From assembly GCA_951406725.2 (NCBI GenBank), contig OX597831.1, forward strand, positions 26,598,001-26,662,000: a stretch of DNA of 64,000 nt. Reading direction: 5' to 3'. The notes below the pieces were generated by a model that was not told the origin of the DNA, made no database searches, and worked only from the letters and a program-made list of their open reading frames with translations. This document shows, one piece after another, positions 26,440 to 40,222 of the stretch (positions are counted from its first letter, which is position 1; every line of letters begins with the position of its first letter). The DNA comes from Octopus vulgaris (lineage: Eukaryota). Both the position numbers and the translations under genes were made by a program.

Positions 26440-26600
26440 GTTTCTTTATTGGCCACACAGGGCTGCACACAGATGGTAGAGCTTTTCTTTTGGGGGATGA
26501 AAAAAACAAAAAAAAAACAAAAAACAAAAGAAACAAAAAGAGGAGAAAAAAAATGTGGCGTAGGTTTTCGATCAAAAAGGATCTTAAAAGGGAAAAAAAG
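26440..26600 (-). mobile_element. Short retroposon 3' end inside a (GATA)n array
   Basis: TTTCTTTATTGGCCACACAGGGCTGCACACAGA resembles the family B tail TTTCTTTATTGCCCACAAGGGGCTAAACATAGA; (GATA)n on both sides. Confidence 0.5.
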
Positions 26601-26685
<85 letters not shown>

Positions 26686-26940
26686 GTTGTAGTGGTGTTA
26701 GTATTGGTACTGGCTGTGTATCTAGTTATACTTTAAACATTGGGTGTTTGCATTGGTGCTGTGTGTGTGTCAGAAGTTGAAGAACTAACATGCTCTGAGG
26801 AGGCCTGTCCGGTTCATGCCTGTGTGGAAAAACAGATGCTACAAAAGAATTATTAGGTGACATGCTGATACGATGATTATGATATTGACATATGTATGTG
26901 TGTGTGTGTGTGTCTGTGTGTGTGAGCCTATGCATATGTA

Positions 26941-26976
<36 letters not shown>

Positions 26977-27003
26977 TACTGACACATATATAAATATATA
27001 TAT

Positions 27004-27054
<51 letters not shown>

Positions 27055-27158
27055 CAGAGAGAACAAGTAAAATAGAGAGAGGGTGAGTTGGTGAGGCCAT
27101 ACAAAGCAAGATTCATATACATATATATATATATACATATATATATACATATACAGAG

Positions 27159-27231
<73 letters not shown>

Positions 27232-27404
27232 GGCTGTGACGAATTATGAATGAATTGGTAAGAGATATGAGTAATTAATCATTAATGATTTGCTGAATCA
27301 ACCAATAGCTGTAAATAATTTCTTACGTTTATTGATCTCATACGGTGTATATAATAATTTATATCACATTTGCATTACAACTGCTATCACGCTGAGACCG
27401 ACAA

Positions 27405-27970
27405 CATCATACCACCTCCACCACCAACACCACCACTACCACAGCTACCACCACAGCTGCTACCATTACCACCACTGCTGCCACCACTACTAACATCTCT
27501 GACTTTACCACTTCTTACTCCCATAACTGTGACCACCACCACAGTGCCCCCCCCCCCCGCCAGTGCTGCTACTATTGCTGCCACTACCATCATTGCTATC
27601 TCCCACCACTACCACCATTTCACCACCACCGTCACCATCACCACCATTATTTTGCTAAGACTGTCACTGCCATCACCACCACTACCAACTTCACCATCAC
27701 CACCACCACAACCACCACCACAATCACCACCGCAACCACCACCACCATTCACTATGATCACCTCTACTACCATCATTATCATCATCATCATCATCATCAC
27801 CACCACCACCACCACCTTCACTACCACTCCTATCACCATGATTGCTATCACTATAATTGTCATCATTATTCCACCCTCCCTACCACTACTTCCACCCTCT
27901 TCCCCTACATGACATCTACTTCAACTACCACATGTACTGCAACCACCATCAACACCGCAACCACCACTAA
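27405..27970. repeat. Degenerate (ACC)n/(ATC)n array
   Basis: Direct reading. Confidence 0.9.
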
Positions 27971-28167
27971 CACCTCTACCTCAACTTTTTCTCTCTCATT
28001 AATCATATTTCTCCAATTCATTATGATAAATATGGCTTCTATTTTCAGATGTAAGAGTCAAGACTGCAGTTAACTGAATCACTCTGAAGCCCAGCATATG
28101 ACTGGTACTCTCTCTTATTAATTTCACCAGGATTTGAAATCACAGTGTTATGTCATTCAGTCTTATA

Positions 28168-28510
28168 CTTTTAGTCGAGCAAATCGACCCCAGGACTTAT
28201 TCTTTGTAAGCCTAGTACTTAGTCTATCGGTCTCTTGCCGAACCACTAAGTTATGAGAACGTAAACACACCAGCATCGGTTGTCAAGCGATGTTGGGAGG
28301 ACAAACACAAGCACACAAACACACACATATATATATACATATATATGATGGGCTTCTTTCAGCTTCCATCTACCAAATCCACTCACAAGGCTTTGGTCGG
28401 CCCGAGGCTATAGTAGAAGACACTTGTCCAAGGTGCCATGTAGTGGGACTGAACCCGGAACCATGTGGTTGGTAAGCAAGCTACTTACCACACAGCCACT
28501 CCTGCACCTA
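28168..28510 (-). mobile_element. SINE family A
   Basis: Reverse complement of consensus. Confidence 0.85.
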
Positions 28511-28519
28511 TGTTAATAT

Positions 28520-29560
28520 CAGTTTCAAATTTTGGCACAAAGCCAGCAATTTTAGAGTAAGGGGTAAGTTAATTACTTTGATCCAAGTACTCACCTAGTA
28601 CATCTTTAATTGACCCCAAAAGGAAAAGCAAAATTGCCCACGGCAGAATTTGAACTCAGAACGTAAAGATGGATTCAGCATTTTGCCTAACACGCTAATG
28701 CTAATATTCCATTCTACTCGAGGCACAAGGCCTGAAATTGCTGAACCAAGTGCTCAACTGGTACTTATTTCAACAATCCCTTTGAACTCGGAATGTAAAG
28801 ACATGAAATGCCACTCAGCATTTTGTCCAGCATACTAAGGATTCTTATTTCTTTATTACCCACAAGGGGCTAAATATAGAGGGGACAAACAAGGACAGAC
28901 AAAGGGATTAAGTCAATTACATCGACCCCAGTGTGTAACTGGTACTTAATTTATCAACCCCGAAAGAATGAAAGGCAAAGTCGACCTCAGCGGAATTTGA
29001 ACTCAGAACGTAACGGCAGACGAAATACTGCTAAGTATTTCACCTGGTGTGCTAACAATTCTGCCAGCTCACCGCCTTTGCTAATGCTAATATTGGTTTC
29101 AACTTTTGACACAGAAGTCAGTAAATTCAGGAGAGGGGTAGGCCAATTACATCAACTCTGATGCTCAAATCGTACTCATTTTATCAACCCCAAAATGATA
29201 AAAGGCATAACTAGTCTCAACAAAATTTGAACTCAGAACATAAAGACAGACAAAATGCCATAAAGCTTTTTATCCAGCATGTTAACGCTTCTGCCAGTTC
29301 CACTGCCTTTGCTGATGCTTGTATTAGTTTTGAATTTTTGGTACAATTTCAGGGGAGGGGGTAAGTCATTACATCGACCTCAAAAGGCATAAAAGGCAAA
29401 GATGACCTCAGCAGAATTTGAAACCAGAACCATAGTGACAGACAAAATATTGCTAAGCATTTTTCCCAGCACGCAAACAATTCTGCCAGGTTGCTGCCTT
29501 TGCTAATGCTATATTGGTGACTAATCAACCCCAGCACATAACTGGTATTCTATGTATGGG
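28520..29560 (-). mobile_element. Cluster of old family B SINE fragments around a younger copy (~28845-29075)
   Basis: At least five recurrences of GAATTTGAACTCAGAAC and AACTGGTACTTATT. Confidence 0.75.
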
Positions 29561-29593
29561 ATATATTATTTCCAATTAGGAAAATATACTTAA

Positions 29594-29819
29594 CACTTTA
29601 ACATGTAAATCGACCATATCTGGCCCAGAATATTCCATCTGTTTTAAGTTCAAATTGGCCAGCTCTAGCTTTTCACATTTATGCTATGATGTCATTCTAA
29701 AAATTAAATTAAAATTACATCATTGAAATCCCAAAGCTATGAGATAATGCATGATTAATTCAAAACAATGTGAATAAAAAAGGCATTACATTTGACAGAG
29801 TAATCTGACTGCTAAAGGG
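29594..29819. mobile_element. piggyBac-like MITE, family G
   Basis: TTAA on both sides (29590-29593, 29820-29823), ends CACTTTAACAT / CTGCTAAAGGG; fragments also at 1-37 and ~22290-22420. Confidence 0.75.
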
Positions 29820-30198
29820 TTAAAGACAAATTGAGTGATGATGCAATGAAATAAACTAACCAATGATACTCCATAATTATTCTTCAAATTCATTGATTGA
29901 CATCAGAAAAAAACTGATGAAATAAAGTTGTTGAATGCAAATATTTTCAGCTTAAAATAAGTTAACTCATATTAGAAGAGAACAGACAAGGTTTTGAGAG
30001 CTTGTTAGAACAGAGAACAGAACAGAACACAGTCATGTATTCATGCCAGGTACAATTAAATATCAGATGATGTTTGGCAGCCAGACCTACTAAATATGAA
30101 TATTCTGCAACATGAATGACCTGACTTCTGTTAGCTTAAGGGACACTCATGACTGATGATATATGCCTTCCATGCACTCTTTCTTTGTCTTTGTCTTG

Positions 30199-30232
<34 letters not shown>

Positions 30233-30456
30233 TTCTCCCTCTCTCTCTCATACACACACACATACACACACATGCATGTACACAAATACATCCACATAAA
30301 TACAGAACCAGTCCATAATCCAAACACTATGTAAAGAACTTTTCATGACTTCTCATGAAGTTCTTCATTGGACAATCGTGTCCAATTCAAGCTTTTGATA
30401 ATAGACACACAATGAACAAAAAGCCTTCAGCTTTCCTCCCCATCCACCTCTCTCTA

Positions 30457-30499
<43 letters not shown>

Positions 30500-31284
30500 C
30501 TCTCTCTCTCTCTATCTATCTATCTATTTATTTGTCTATCTATCTCATTCATTCATCCAGCTTTCCATTCATACATTATGATAACATAGGTGACCACATT
30601 TATTTACATGTTTGAATATTCATTAATTAACCCAGGGTGCATTTGCAGATTTGTATGTTTTATGTTTGTATTCTCATGCATATAGTTGCATGTTTACACA
30701 TGCTTATATATATACTTAAATTGTAAAGTTCTGCAAAGTTTTACAAATTCTTATATGGCTTCTATTTTCAGATGTAAGAAGCAAGGCTGCAGTTAACTGA
30801 ATCACACTGAAACCCAGCATATAACTGGTACTCACTCTTATCAATTTCACCAGGATTTGAAAATACAGTATTATGTTAATATTGGTTTCATGCACTGACT
30901 CCTTTGTAATGCAGCAGTACACTGTTTGTGAAGAATTCATGTAGAAACCCTCTTCCATACAGAATTAAAGGCAATTCTCTTGTGTGGTCTTCATCTCCAA
31001 ATTACCTCCCTCTCCTCTTGGTCATCATTTTACTTGCAAACATTCTATATACACACCTACAATCCTATATACATCCTCTATTACACACACTGAGCTCCTC
31101 CCTACTGGGTCCAAGCAGAAACATTAGACTCTACTTCATCTCACTACATACAAACACACACACACGCACAAGCATGCATGCACATACATAGGAATGCACA
31201 CATGCACACACACACACACGTGCATAGATACATACATACATACATACATACATACATACATACATACATACATACATACATACA

Positions 31285-31626
31285 TGAGCTGAGACCCCCT
31301 TCGATCATGACTGACCATGGGATTGCACCTAGAAAGTTACCCTCCTAGTCACAAGTCCGGGCAAGGTTGTTTATGGAAGACCAGCAGTCGCCCATGCATC
31401 CCGGCCTCCTCTCTCCATGCCACCAGTGTTATCCAAGGGAAAAGCAAAGGCTGATACAGCATGGCATCTGTGACGTTGCAACTCATTTCTACAGCTGAGT
31501 AAACTTGAGCAACGTGAAATAAAGTGTCTTGCTCAAGAACACAACACGCAGCCCGGTCCGGGATTCGAACTCACAATCTCGCAATTGTAAGATTGACGCT
31601 CTAACCACTGAGCCATGCACCTTCAT
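31285..31626 (-). mobile_element. tRNA-derived SINE, fourth family
   Basis: Minus strand: TGGCTCAGTGGTTAG A box, GAGTTCGAATCCC B box, CTTGAGCAAGACACTT core, distinct 3' tail. Confidence 0.8.
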
Positions 31627-32038
31627 ATACATACATACATACATACATATGTAGCACAGTGCCTAAGTGCCAATCTTGAGAACTTAGGCTTTTCAAAACC
31701 AGGGAGGGGAAAGCTGATTTTAAGGCTTCAGATCCAAGCCATCACTGGAACTATAAGAATTTGTAAAGCTTTCCAGAATTTTACAATTTAAGTATATATA
31801 TGCATATCTAAACATGCAATTATATGCATGAGAATACAAACATAAAACAAAACATACAAATCTGCATGTGCACCAACTCCAAATGTTGCACATATACACA
31901 TAGAACTGCAAAAATATGCCATTAATGGTGTTGAAAATCCAATAAAGGAACCTTGAATCTAGTTTAGAAACTGGCTCTTTTTCTATTGATATGAAAACCT
32001 GAAATGAAACTGAATAATGACATACATACATACATACA

Positions 32039-32070
<32 letters not shown>

Positions 32071-33096
32071 CATATATACGAGTATGCACATGTTTGCATA
32101 TTATATATATTGTCTGTAAATGTAATATGTGACAATTATTCAGTAGCCATGATAAAACTCCGAGTTTCATCATCATCATCATCATCATCATCAACATCAT
32201 CATTATTTAACATTCGTCTTCCATGCTGGCATGGGTTGGACGATATGTGTGTGTGTGTGTGTGTGTGTACATACATACTCAGATACATAAATACATATAC
32301 ACACTCGTGTCAGCATATATATACATAAGCACATGCACATAACATACACACACACACACATACACACACACAGCCAGCCAACACAGACCATCATCACATA
32401 CACCTGCCTCTTAAAATCATTATCCTAACGAGAATACAGAATCAGATGTGCAAATCATGTGTACATTGTCGAATGTTGTCGACTGAATAAGTAAACTCAC
32501 GTTTATTTCGTTGGAAATATACTAAATTATAACAAGATGAAAAACAATTAAAATAATTTCATCATGTTAGCAAAAGAAGACAAATTATTATTTGTATATG
32601 ATGTAAAACTGTAAAACTGCTTCCTTGGGAAGTGGGGTATGTGACCTGTCTTGCCTTTTCTTGAAGGTTTGCCAACAAAGTGTAACATCTTTGTTTGACT
32701 CTCTAATGATCAAATACGCTTTCATCTCCATAGCTAATTCTCATATGGGCAGCATCCAAGATGAGTTCAATCTATCTATCTGTAGTTCTTTCACTTCATG
32801 CTAAAAAGTATGTGATTTAGTGTAAAGGGTGGCATATATATATTTACCCATTATTTAAACATAGTAATTTACAACGTTTGCGAATAGTTTTGCAAATGAG
32901 CAAGTTTCAGTTTATTCAAACTAAATAAACAGAAACCATTTTTTATTTGGAAAAATGGCAGTGCATCAGCATGGCCACAGCTCTGAGCTGAAACTAGAAA
33001 GAAATTTTTAAAAAAAACAAAAAAAAAAGAGTTGCAAATGTTGTAGGATGTTTCCAAACAACCTTTTGTTTTATCATTTATCTTTAATCAAATATG

Positions 33097-33249
33097 ATGG
33101 CTGTGTGGTAAGTAGCTTGCTTACCAACCACATGGTTCTGGGTTCAGTCCCACTGCATGGCACCTTGGGCAAGTGTCTTCTATTATAGCCTCAGGCCGAC
33201 CAAAACCTTGTGAGTGGATATGGTAGACAGAAACTGAAAGAAGCCCATC

Positions 33250-33301
<52 letters not shown>

Positions 33302-33550
33302 ATGTGTGTGTGTGTGTGTGTGTTTGTGTGCCTGTGCTTGTTCCCCCCCTCCTGCATCATCGGTTGACAAATGATGGTGGTGTGTTTACATCCCAGTAAC
33401 TCAGCAGTTCAGCAAAAGAGACCAATAGAATAAGTACTAGACTTACAAAGAATAAGTCCTGGGGTCAGTTTGTTTGACTAAAGGCGGTACTCTAGCATGG
33501 CCACAGTCAAATGACTGAAACAAATAAAAAGAGTAAAAAAAAAAAGAGTA
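33097..33550 (+). mobile_element. SINE family A
   Basis: Head, core, internal (TA)n(TG)n, tail. Confidence 0.85.
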
Positions 33551-33832
33551 AACAAAATTCATACAAAATACAGCATTAAAAATGGCTGGTATAAAGAATT
33601 GTGATGTGAAAATGACTGGAATATTTGAGCGAACTGAAGCAACAAGAAATAAAATTCTGAGGAATATAGAATTGCATTAGCCAATTGATATGGAGCTGAC
33701 ATAACACATCAATGAAGGTTTATAAGTCTTAAAAATTCACTCTGACACTACTTAAAAGTCTAGCATAGTGAATAAAGATGTTGGTTAATGCGGCCTAGAG
33801 GTTCTGAGTTCAATCCTTGGCAATGCACTAAG

Positions 33833-34145
33833 GTTTGTTGTTTGCTTGTTCCTTCTCAAGCCATGTCTGACTCAGAAGGGCCAGTTTCCCGGTTTCCTTG
33901 TCGTATAGGTTCCCCACCTGGATGGGACACCAGTCCATCACAGGTGAGCTGCAAGATGCAGGAGGAAAGATTGAGAGAAAGTTGTGGCGAAAGAGTCAGC
34001 AGAAGTTCGCCATTACCTTCTGCCGGAGCCACATGGAGCTTAGGTGATTCGCTCATAAACACACACATCGCCCAGTCTGAGATTCGAACCCACGATCCCT
34101 CGACCGCAAGCCCGCTGCTTTAACCACTAGGCCATGTGCCTCCAC
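33833..34145 (-). mobile_element. tRNA-derived SINE (second copy at 39514-39764)
   Basis: Minus strand: TGGCCTAGTGGTTAA A box, GGGTTCGAATCTC B box; body shared with 39514-39764. Confidence 0.8.
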
Positions 34146-34326
34146 TTAAGGCACTAAGGGTGAATCTCAAGATACCAAATGAAGACCGAACTGTACACAG
34201 CTGAAATGTAGGAAAAGCAATAACCAAGATGAGGACCACTCAGACTAATACACAACATAAAATTCTTCATTTTCAGAAATACAGAATTGTATTACCAATC
34301 AGTATAGAGCTAATATAAGACAGCAA

Positions 34327-34748
34327 AGAGGCGGCGAGCTGTCAGAATCGTTAGCACGCCGGGTGAAATGCTTAGCGGTATTTCGTCTGCCGTTACGTTG
34401 TGAGTTCAAATTCCGCCGTGGTCGACTTTGCCTTTCATCCTATCGGGGTCGATAAATTAAGTACCAGTTACGCACTGGGATCGATGTAATCGACTTAATA
34501 CCTATGTCTGTCCTTGTTTGTCCCCTCTATGTTTAGCCCCTTGTGGGTAATAAAGAAATAGGTATTTCGTCTGCTGTTACGTTCTGAGTTTAAATTTTGC
34601 CGAGGTCGACTTTGCCTTTCATCCTTTCAGGGTCGATTAAATAAGTACCAGTTACGAACTGGGGTCGATGTAATCAACTTAATCCGTTTGTCTGTCCTTG
34701 TTTGCCCTCTCTGTGTTTAGCCCCTTGTGGGTAGTAAAAAAGAAATAG
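34327..34748 (+). mobile_element. SINE family B, dimeric form
   Basis: Head plus two units; 14-bp TSD ATATAAGACAGCAA (34313-34326 / 34749-34762). Confidence 0.9.
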
Positions 34749-34966
34749 ATATAAGACAGCAATGGATGAGTTCAATCCTAGGTAAGGCAATAAGGTGAAT
34801 TACAAGACACCTGAAGAAGGCTGAAGTGTAGTGAAAGCATTAATCAAGATGAGGGTACCACCCCATGTAATGCATAATGTGAAATAAAATATCTTGCTCA
34901 AGGACACATTGCTCCACCGAGTATTGAACTCATAACCTTATGATTGTGAGTCAAATACCCTAACCT

Positions 34967-35395
34967 AGGCGCAGGAGTGGCTGTGTGGTAAGTAGCTATA
35001 GGCGCAGGAGTGGCTGTGTGGTAAGTAGCTTGCTAATCAACCACATGGTTCCGGTTTCAGTCCCACTGCGTGGCATCTTGGGCAAGTGTCTTCTGCTATA
35101 GCCCCGGGGCGACCAATGCCTTGTGAGTGGATTTGGTAGACGGAAACTGAAAGAAGCCTGCCGTATCTATGTATATATATATATAAGTGTGTGTGTATAT
35201 GTTTGTGTGTCTGTGTTTGTCCCCCTAGCATTGCTTGACAACCGATGCTGGTGTGTTTACGTCCCCGTTCGGCAAAAGAGACTGATAGTACTGGGCTTAC
35301 AAAGAATAAGTCCCGGGGTCGATTTGCTCGACTAAAGGCGGTGCTCAAGCATGGCCGCAGTCAAATCCCTGAAACAAGTAAAAGAGTAAAGAGAG
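34967..35395 (+). mobile_element. SINE family A with duplicated first ~30 nt
   Basis: TAGGCGCAGGAGTGGCTGTGTGGTAAGTAGC occurs twice in tandem. Confidence 0.85.
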
Positions 35396-35702
35396 TAACC
35401 ACTGAGCTATGCTCCTTCTCAATTAAATATATTACTTTAACTCTTTAATGTCACAATTACTGAATATAGTTTCCCCCTCCATAATTGTTCTGCATTTGTT
35501 CAAAATGAATGGTGATGAGTGAACATTTAGATAAACCATTTACATCTGTTGATTGGTTCTGATCTTCACACAGAAATGGATGACTTTAGTTCTGCCTCAC
35601 CGAACACTCACAAATGGGTTAATATTTACATAAGGGGCCATGTTTTAGGGGAATGTTTAACCAACGTTAATGGATTATTGAAGATGATAGCAGTAATAAC
35701 AT

Positions 35703-36500
35703 GTGGTGGTGGGGGTGCAAATGGTGGTGGTGGTGGTGGGGGTGCAAATGGTGGTGGGGGGGGGGTGCAAATGGTGGTGGGGGGGGGGGTGCAAATGGTG
35801 GTGGTGGTGGTGGGGGTGCAAATGGTGATGGTGGGGGTGCAAATGGTGGTGGTGGTGGTGGGGGTGCAAATGGTGGTGGTGGGGGTGCAAATGGTGGTGG
35901 TGGGGGTGCAAATGGTGGTGGTGGGGGTGCAAATGGTGGTGGTGGGGGTGCAAATGGTGGTGGTGGTGCTGGTTGTGCTGGTGCTAGTCATCATTGTAGT
36001 GGTGGTGGTAGTGGTGGTCATCATGGTAGTGGTGGTGGTGGTGGTGGTGGTGGTTGGGGGTGGAATCATCATGACGGTAGTGGTGACAGTGCTGCTACTG
36101 CAGCTGCTTGTCATCACAATGATGGTGGAGACAGTGCTGGTGGTGGTGGTGGTGGTGGTGGCGGTGGCGGTTGCGGCGGCGGCGGCAGTGGTGGTGGTGG
36201 TGGTGGCAGTAGTGTTTGCCATGGTGATGGTAGTGGTGGTGTAATAGTAGGTTGGTGGTGATGAGTAGTAGTAGTGGTGGTAGTAATAGGTAGGTAGTAG
36301 GTGGTGGTGGTGGTGGTGGTGGTGTTGGTGGTGGTTGGCGGCGGCGGCGGCGGTGGTGGTGGTGGTGGTGGTGGCAGTATTGTTTGCCATGGTGATGGTG
36401 GTGGTGGTGTAATAGTAGGTTGGTGGTGATGAGTAGTAGTAGTGGTGGTAGTAATAGGTAGGTAGTAGGTGGTGGTGTTGGCGGTGGTGGCGGTGGTGGT
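35703..36500. repeat. G-rich minisatellite (21-bp GGTGGTGGTGGGGGTGCAAAT) followed by (GGT)n array with a higher-order ~170-bp duplication
   Basis: Direct reading. Confidence 0.9.
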
Positions 36501-37260
36501 TGTGGGGTGAGATGGGGTAAACGGTTATACTATGTTTGGATCTCCTATGTGAGCATTAATGTGGCATCAACAGCAGAACAATCCTTCATACCACCAGTAC
36601 TATAACAAAGTACCCTGGAACCATCATACGTGTCAGGGGAAGTTAGTATAACACAGGTGAGACATATTTCAATTTCAAAACTGTCAATTGGCTATTACAC
36701 ACCACACTGAAGGAATTGGCACCTTGACCAAAACACCGGAATACCAGATTAAAAAAAAATTTACAGTATTCACCTATGTCCCTTTAAATTGTGAGTTCAA
36801 AACCCCACACAAGTTGTTGTGCGCTTTTTATCTCTCAAGGGAAGAAAGGTAGGACATGAATTAAACACCTGTAATATACAGTGGTCATTTCAATCAACAA
36901 GATGACTTCTGCACAAATTTACAACCTCATGCAGAGAACTAGATTTGAAATTTTTCAACATTAATTTGTCGTGCCCTGTATTTATTATCACAAGTCTTGT
37001 GGCTTAGGGGCATCTTTGTCTCTCTTTTATTTTTCTATTAGATGTTTACTGTCTTTTTTCCTCTTCTAGACTGATACATAAAGCCACATCTTTTATAATG
37101 ATACATTACTTATTCATGATGCTGACAGATTACTTTTCCTTTCTGTATAACTGTCATAATCTATCTTGTGTGAAATATAGATATAGACACATATACACAC
37201 ACAGATACACACACACATGCACACACAATTGTATATATGTATTCATTTATATATATTAAT

Positions 37261-37304
<44 letters not shown>

Positions 37305-37491
37305 CATATATACATACATAAATATATATATGTATGTATATATATATATTAATATATATTATTGTGTATATATACATATATATATATATACATGCACATA
37401 TATGTATGCATTTCTTTATATATGTACATTTGTATATATATAATTTATGTGTGTGTATGTGTATATATATATATATACACATGCACATATA

Positions 37492-37523
<32 letters not shown>

Positions 37524-37760
37524 CTTGTTTGTTTTTATGTCAGATTATTAAAATAATTTAGCATTCATCTGAAGGATTACTGAATACCTTTTAGCTGAGT
37601 ATATATATTTATTAAATTTTAGAAGGAAAAGAACAACAGTTACTTTGAAGATGAGCAACCCAAAACTTTGAAGTCACTGTCAATATTTTCCTCATAAAAG
37701 ACTATACATACACACATGCATACATACATACATACATACATACATACATACATACATACA

Positions 37761-37794
<34 letters not shown>

Positions 37795-37829
37795 CACTCA
37801 CACACACACACACAGACACACATATGCAT

Positions 37830-39330
37830 GAGGTTTCACTTGAGTAAGCAATTCAGCAAAGAGGTGTCTGGAAGCACCACTATGAAAGGCTGCTAAATGT
37901 AGAGAATGTATGGGTGAAGGAGAATCTGCCTAATATGACTCCAATAGTGGCACCCACTATCCAAACCAACAGTAGCCTAGTAGATAAAACAATAAAGGAT
38001 ATAAAGACAGGGAAAGCCTCTGGCCCATGAGGAATCACCCCTGAGATGCTTAAAATATCTGGTGGAGTTGGATATGGCCTGTTCACCAGTTTAGTTAATC
38101 AGGTTTTCCATGGTGTAGCAGCATTATGGTCATTTGCTACAAAAGTAAAGGTGATGCCTTAGAAATAATTACAGAGGTATCAAATTATTGGACCCAATAA
38201 TGTAAGTTACAGAAAGAGTCTTAGTTCAATTGATTAGGAACAAAGTTAATCCAGATGAAATGCAGTTTGGTTTTGTGTCAGGAAGAAGCATAACTGATGC
38301 TATTTTCCTGGCAAGGCAATTTCAGAAGTATTTAGCCAGAAATAAACCTGTATACTTAGATTTGTTTTCAAAGAGAAAGCTTTTAACAGGGCCCCCTGCT
38401 CCCTTATCTGGTGGGCAATGCAGAAGATTGGGATAGATGAATGGTTGGTGAGAGCTGTACAAGCCATATATAGGGATGCTGTCAGTAAGATGAAAGTTGG
38501 CAATAAGTACAGCAAAGAATTTAGAGTACAGGTAGGAGTCCACAAAAGATCAGTTCTCAGCCCCCTATTGTTTATCAAAGTTCTCCAGGCCATTACAGGA
38601 ATTTAGGATTGGCTGTCCTTGGGAGTTCCTCTATGCTGATGATTTTGTTTTTATTGCCAAATCACTACTAGAACTAGAGAAGAAATTTCAGGTGTGGAAG
38701 TAAGGCCTGGAATCAAGGAGCCTTAAAGTTAATTTAGAAAACAGACAAATCACAGATCTTTTCAGGGGAGATAGCTCAGCTTGATATATAGAAAAGGGAT
38801 TGGTAGGAACACCATATTTTGTACCCAGAGCAGGCTATGGACAGAGAAGAGGTGCAGTAGTTTCACAGGAAGGTTAACAGAGAAAGTAATCTGTGTGTGG
38901 TAGATGTGCAGCTGTACAATAAACACAAGTAATATACAGAAAATTAATTTTGTCAGATGTTTGGTGGGGCAGGGGGGTCCTTAGAAGTAGTTGATAATTT
39001 CCATAACCTAAGCAACCAAGTCAGCAGTGGTGAAGGAAGTTCTGAAAGCATTGTTCCTAAAATAAGAATGGGTAAAGTTCAGAGAGCTTTTAAAAAAGGC
39101 CTGTCCCTCAGAGTGAAAGGCAGATTGAACATACAGCTATGCTACATGGTAGTGAAACATGGGCTATGACTACAGAGGACATTTGAAGGCTTAAAAGAAA
39201 TGAAGCCAGCATGCTCTGCTGGATGGACAATGTCAGTGTACATGTATGACCGAATGTCATTTAAGTGGAAAATTAGGTGTAAGAGGAACACAGAAAATGG
39301 ACATTAAATGATGATGATGATCATCGTCAT
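37830..39330 (+). pseudogene. RTE-clade LINE ORF2 (reverse transcriptase) pseudogene
   Basis: GKASGP, QFGFVSGRSITDAIF, GIDEWLVRAVQAIY, GVHKRSVLSPLLF, LYADD; many stops and frameshifts; ends GGACATTAAATGATGATG after an internal deletion. Confidence 0.9.
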
Positions 39331-39513
39331 GATCATGATCATCATCATGATCATGATCATGATGATCGTGATGATCACAGCAATGATGATGATGATGACG
39401 ACAATGATAATACAGGTTCTTTCAGTTTCTGTCTACCAAATCCACTCACAAGGCTTCGGTTTGCCTGTGGTTGGGAAGCAAGCTTCTTACCACACCACCA
39501 CTCATATACATGC

Positions 39514-39764
39514 TGTTTGTTCCTTCTCAAGCCATGCCTGGCTCATAAGGACTGGTTTCCAGGTGAACTGCTAGATGCAGGAGGAAAGCGTGAGAAAAAG
39601 TTATGGTAAAAGAGTCAGCAGAAGTTCACCATTACTTTCTGCCGGAGCCGCGTGGAGCTTAGGTGTTTCGCTCATAAACACACACGTCGCCTGGTCTGTG
39701 ATTCAAACCCATGATCCCTCGACCATGAGTCCACTGCTCTAACCGCTAGGCTGTGTGCCTCTAC
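39514..39764 (-). mobile_element. tRNA-derived SINE, same family as 33833-34145
   Basis: Colinear, with one internal deletion. Confidence 0.8.
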
Positions 39765-40103
39765 ACTTATATACATACATATTTATATTTCTAATCTCCA
39801 TCCAACCAACAGATGAGTGCATGTTATCTGCAATATCTTCCATAGTCTTGTTCGTTGTCATGGCAACAGGAATCAAGCAAGGAATTTATCAGCAACTATC
39901 AGTTGCTTAGTTAGCTTCTAGATATTTTCTCCCTTATGCCATCAATTATGGTCGACATCATTCTTGAGTTATGCTATTGTTATTGCTGTTGTTGTTGTCA
40001 TTGTTATTTAGCCCCAGATAAATAAACCCTGATTGAGAAGATCTCTAATGAAATATATTCTAACCATGCAAATTCTGTTTTTTTTTTACAGCCATATGAA
40101 GCT

Positions 40104-40222
40104 GTCAGGATGGCCGAGTGGTCTAAGGCGCCAGATTTAAGGTACATGTAATGCACCTTAATCGGAACTTTGAGTACTCTGGTCCACGAATGTGGGCGTG
40201 GGTTCGAATCCCACTTCTGGCC
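40104..40222 (+). tRNA. trnL: Intron-containing tRNA-Leu (CAA-type body, anticodon now TAA); probable pseudogene
   Basis: GTCAGGATGGCCGAGTGGTCTAAGGCGCCAGA-TT-TAA-G, 35-nt intron 40142-40176, TCTGG, variable arm CCAC-GAAT-GTGG, T arm GTGGG-TTCGAAT-CCCAC; 3' end TTCTGGCC instead of TTCTGACA. Confidence 0.9.

Noticed and set aside
35701-36261. Gly-rich GGGGAN repeat protein (structural protein-like)
   Set aside because: Derived from a 21-bp G-rich minisatellite grading into (GGT)n; no signal peptide, splice context or codon-position variation.
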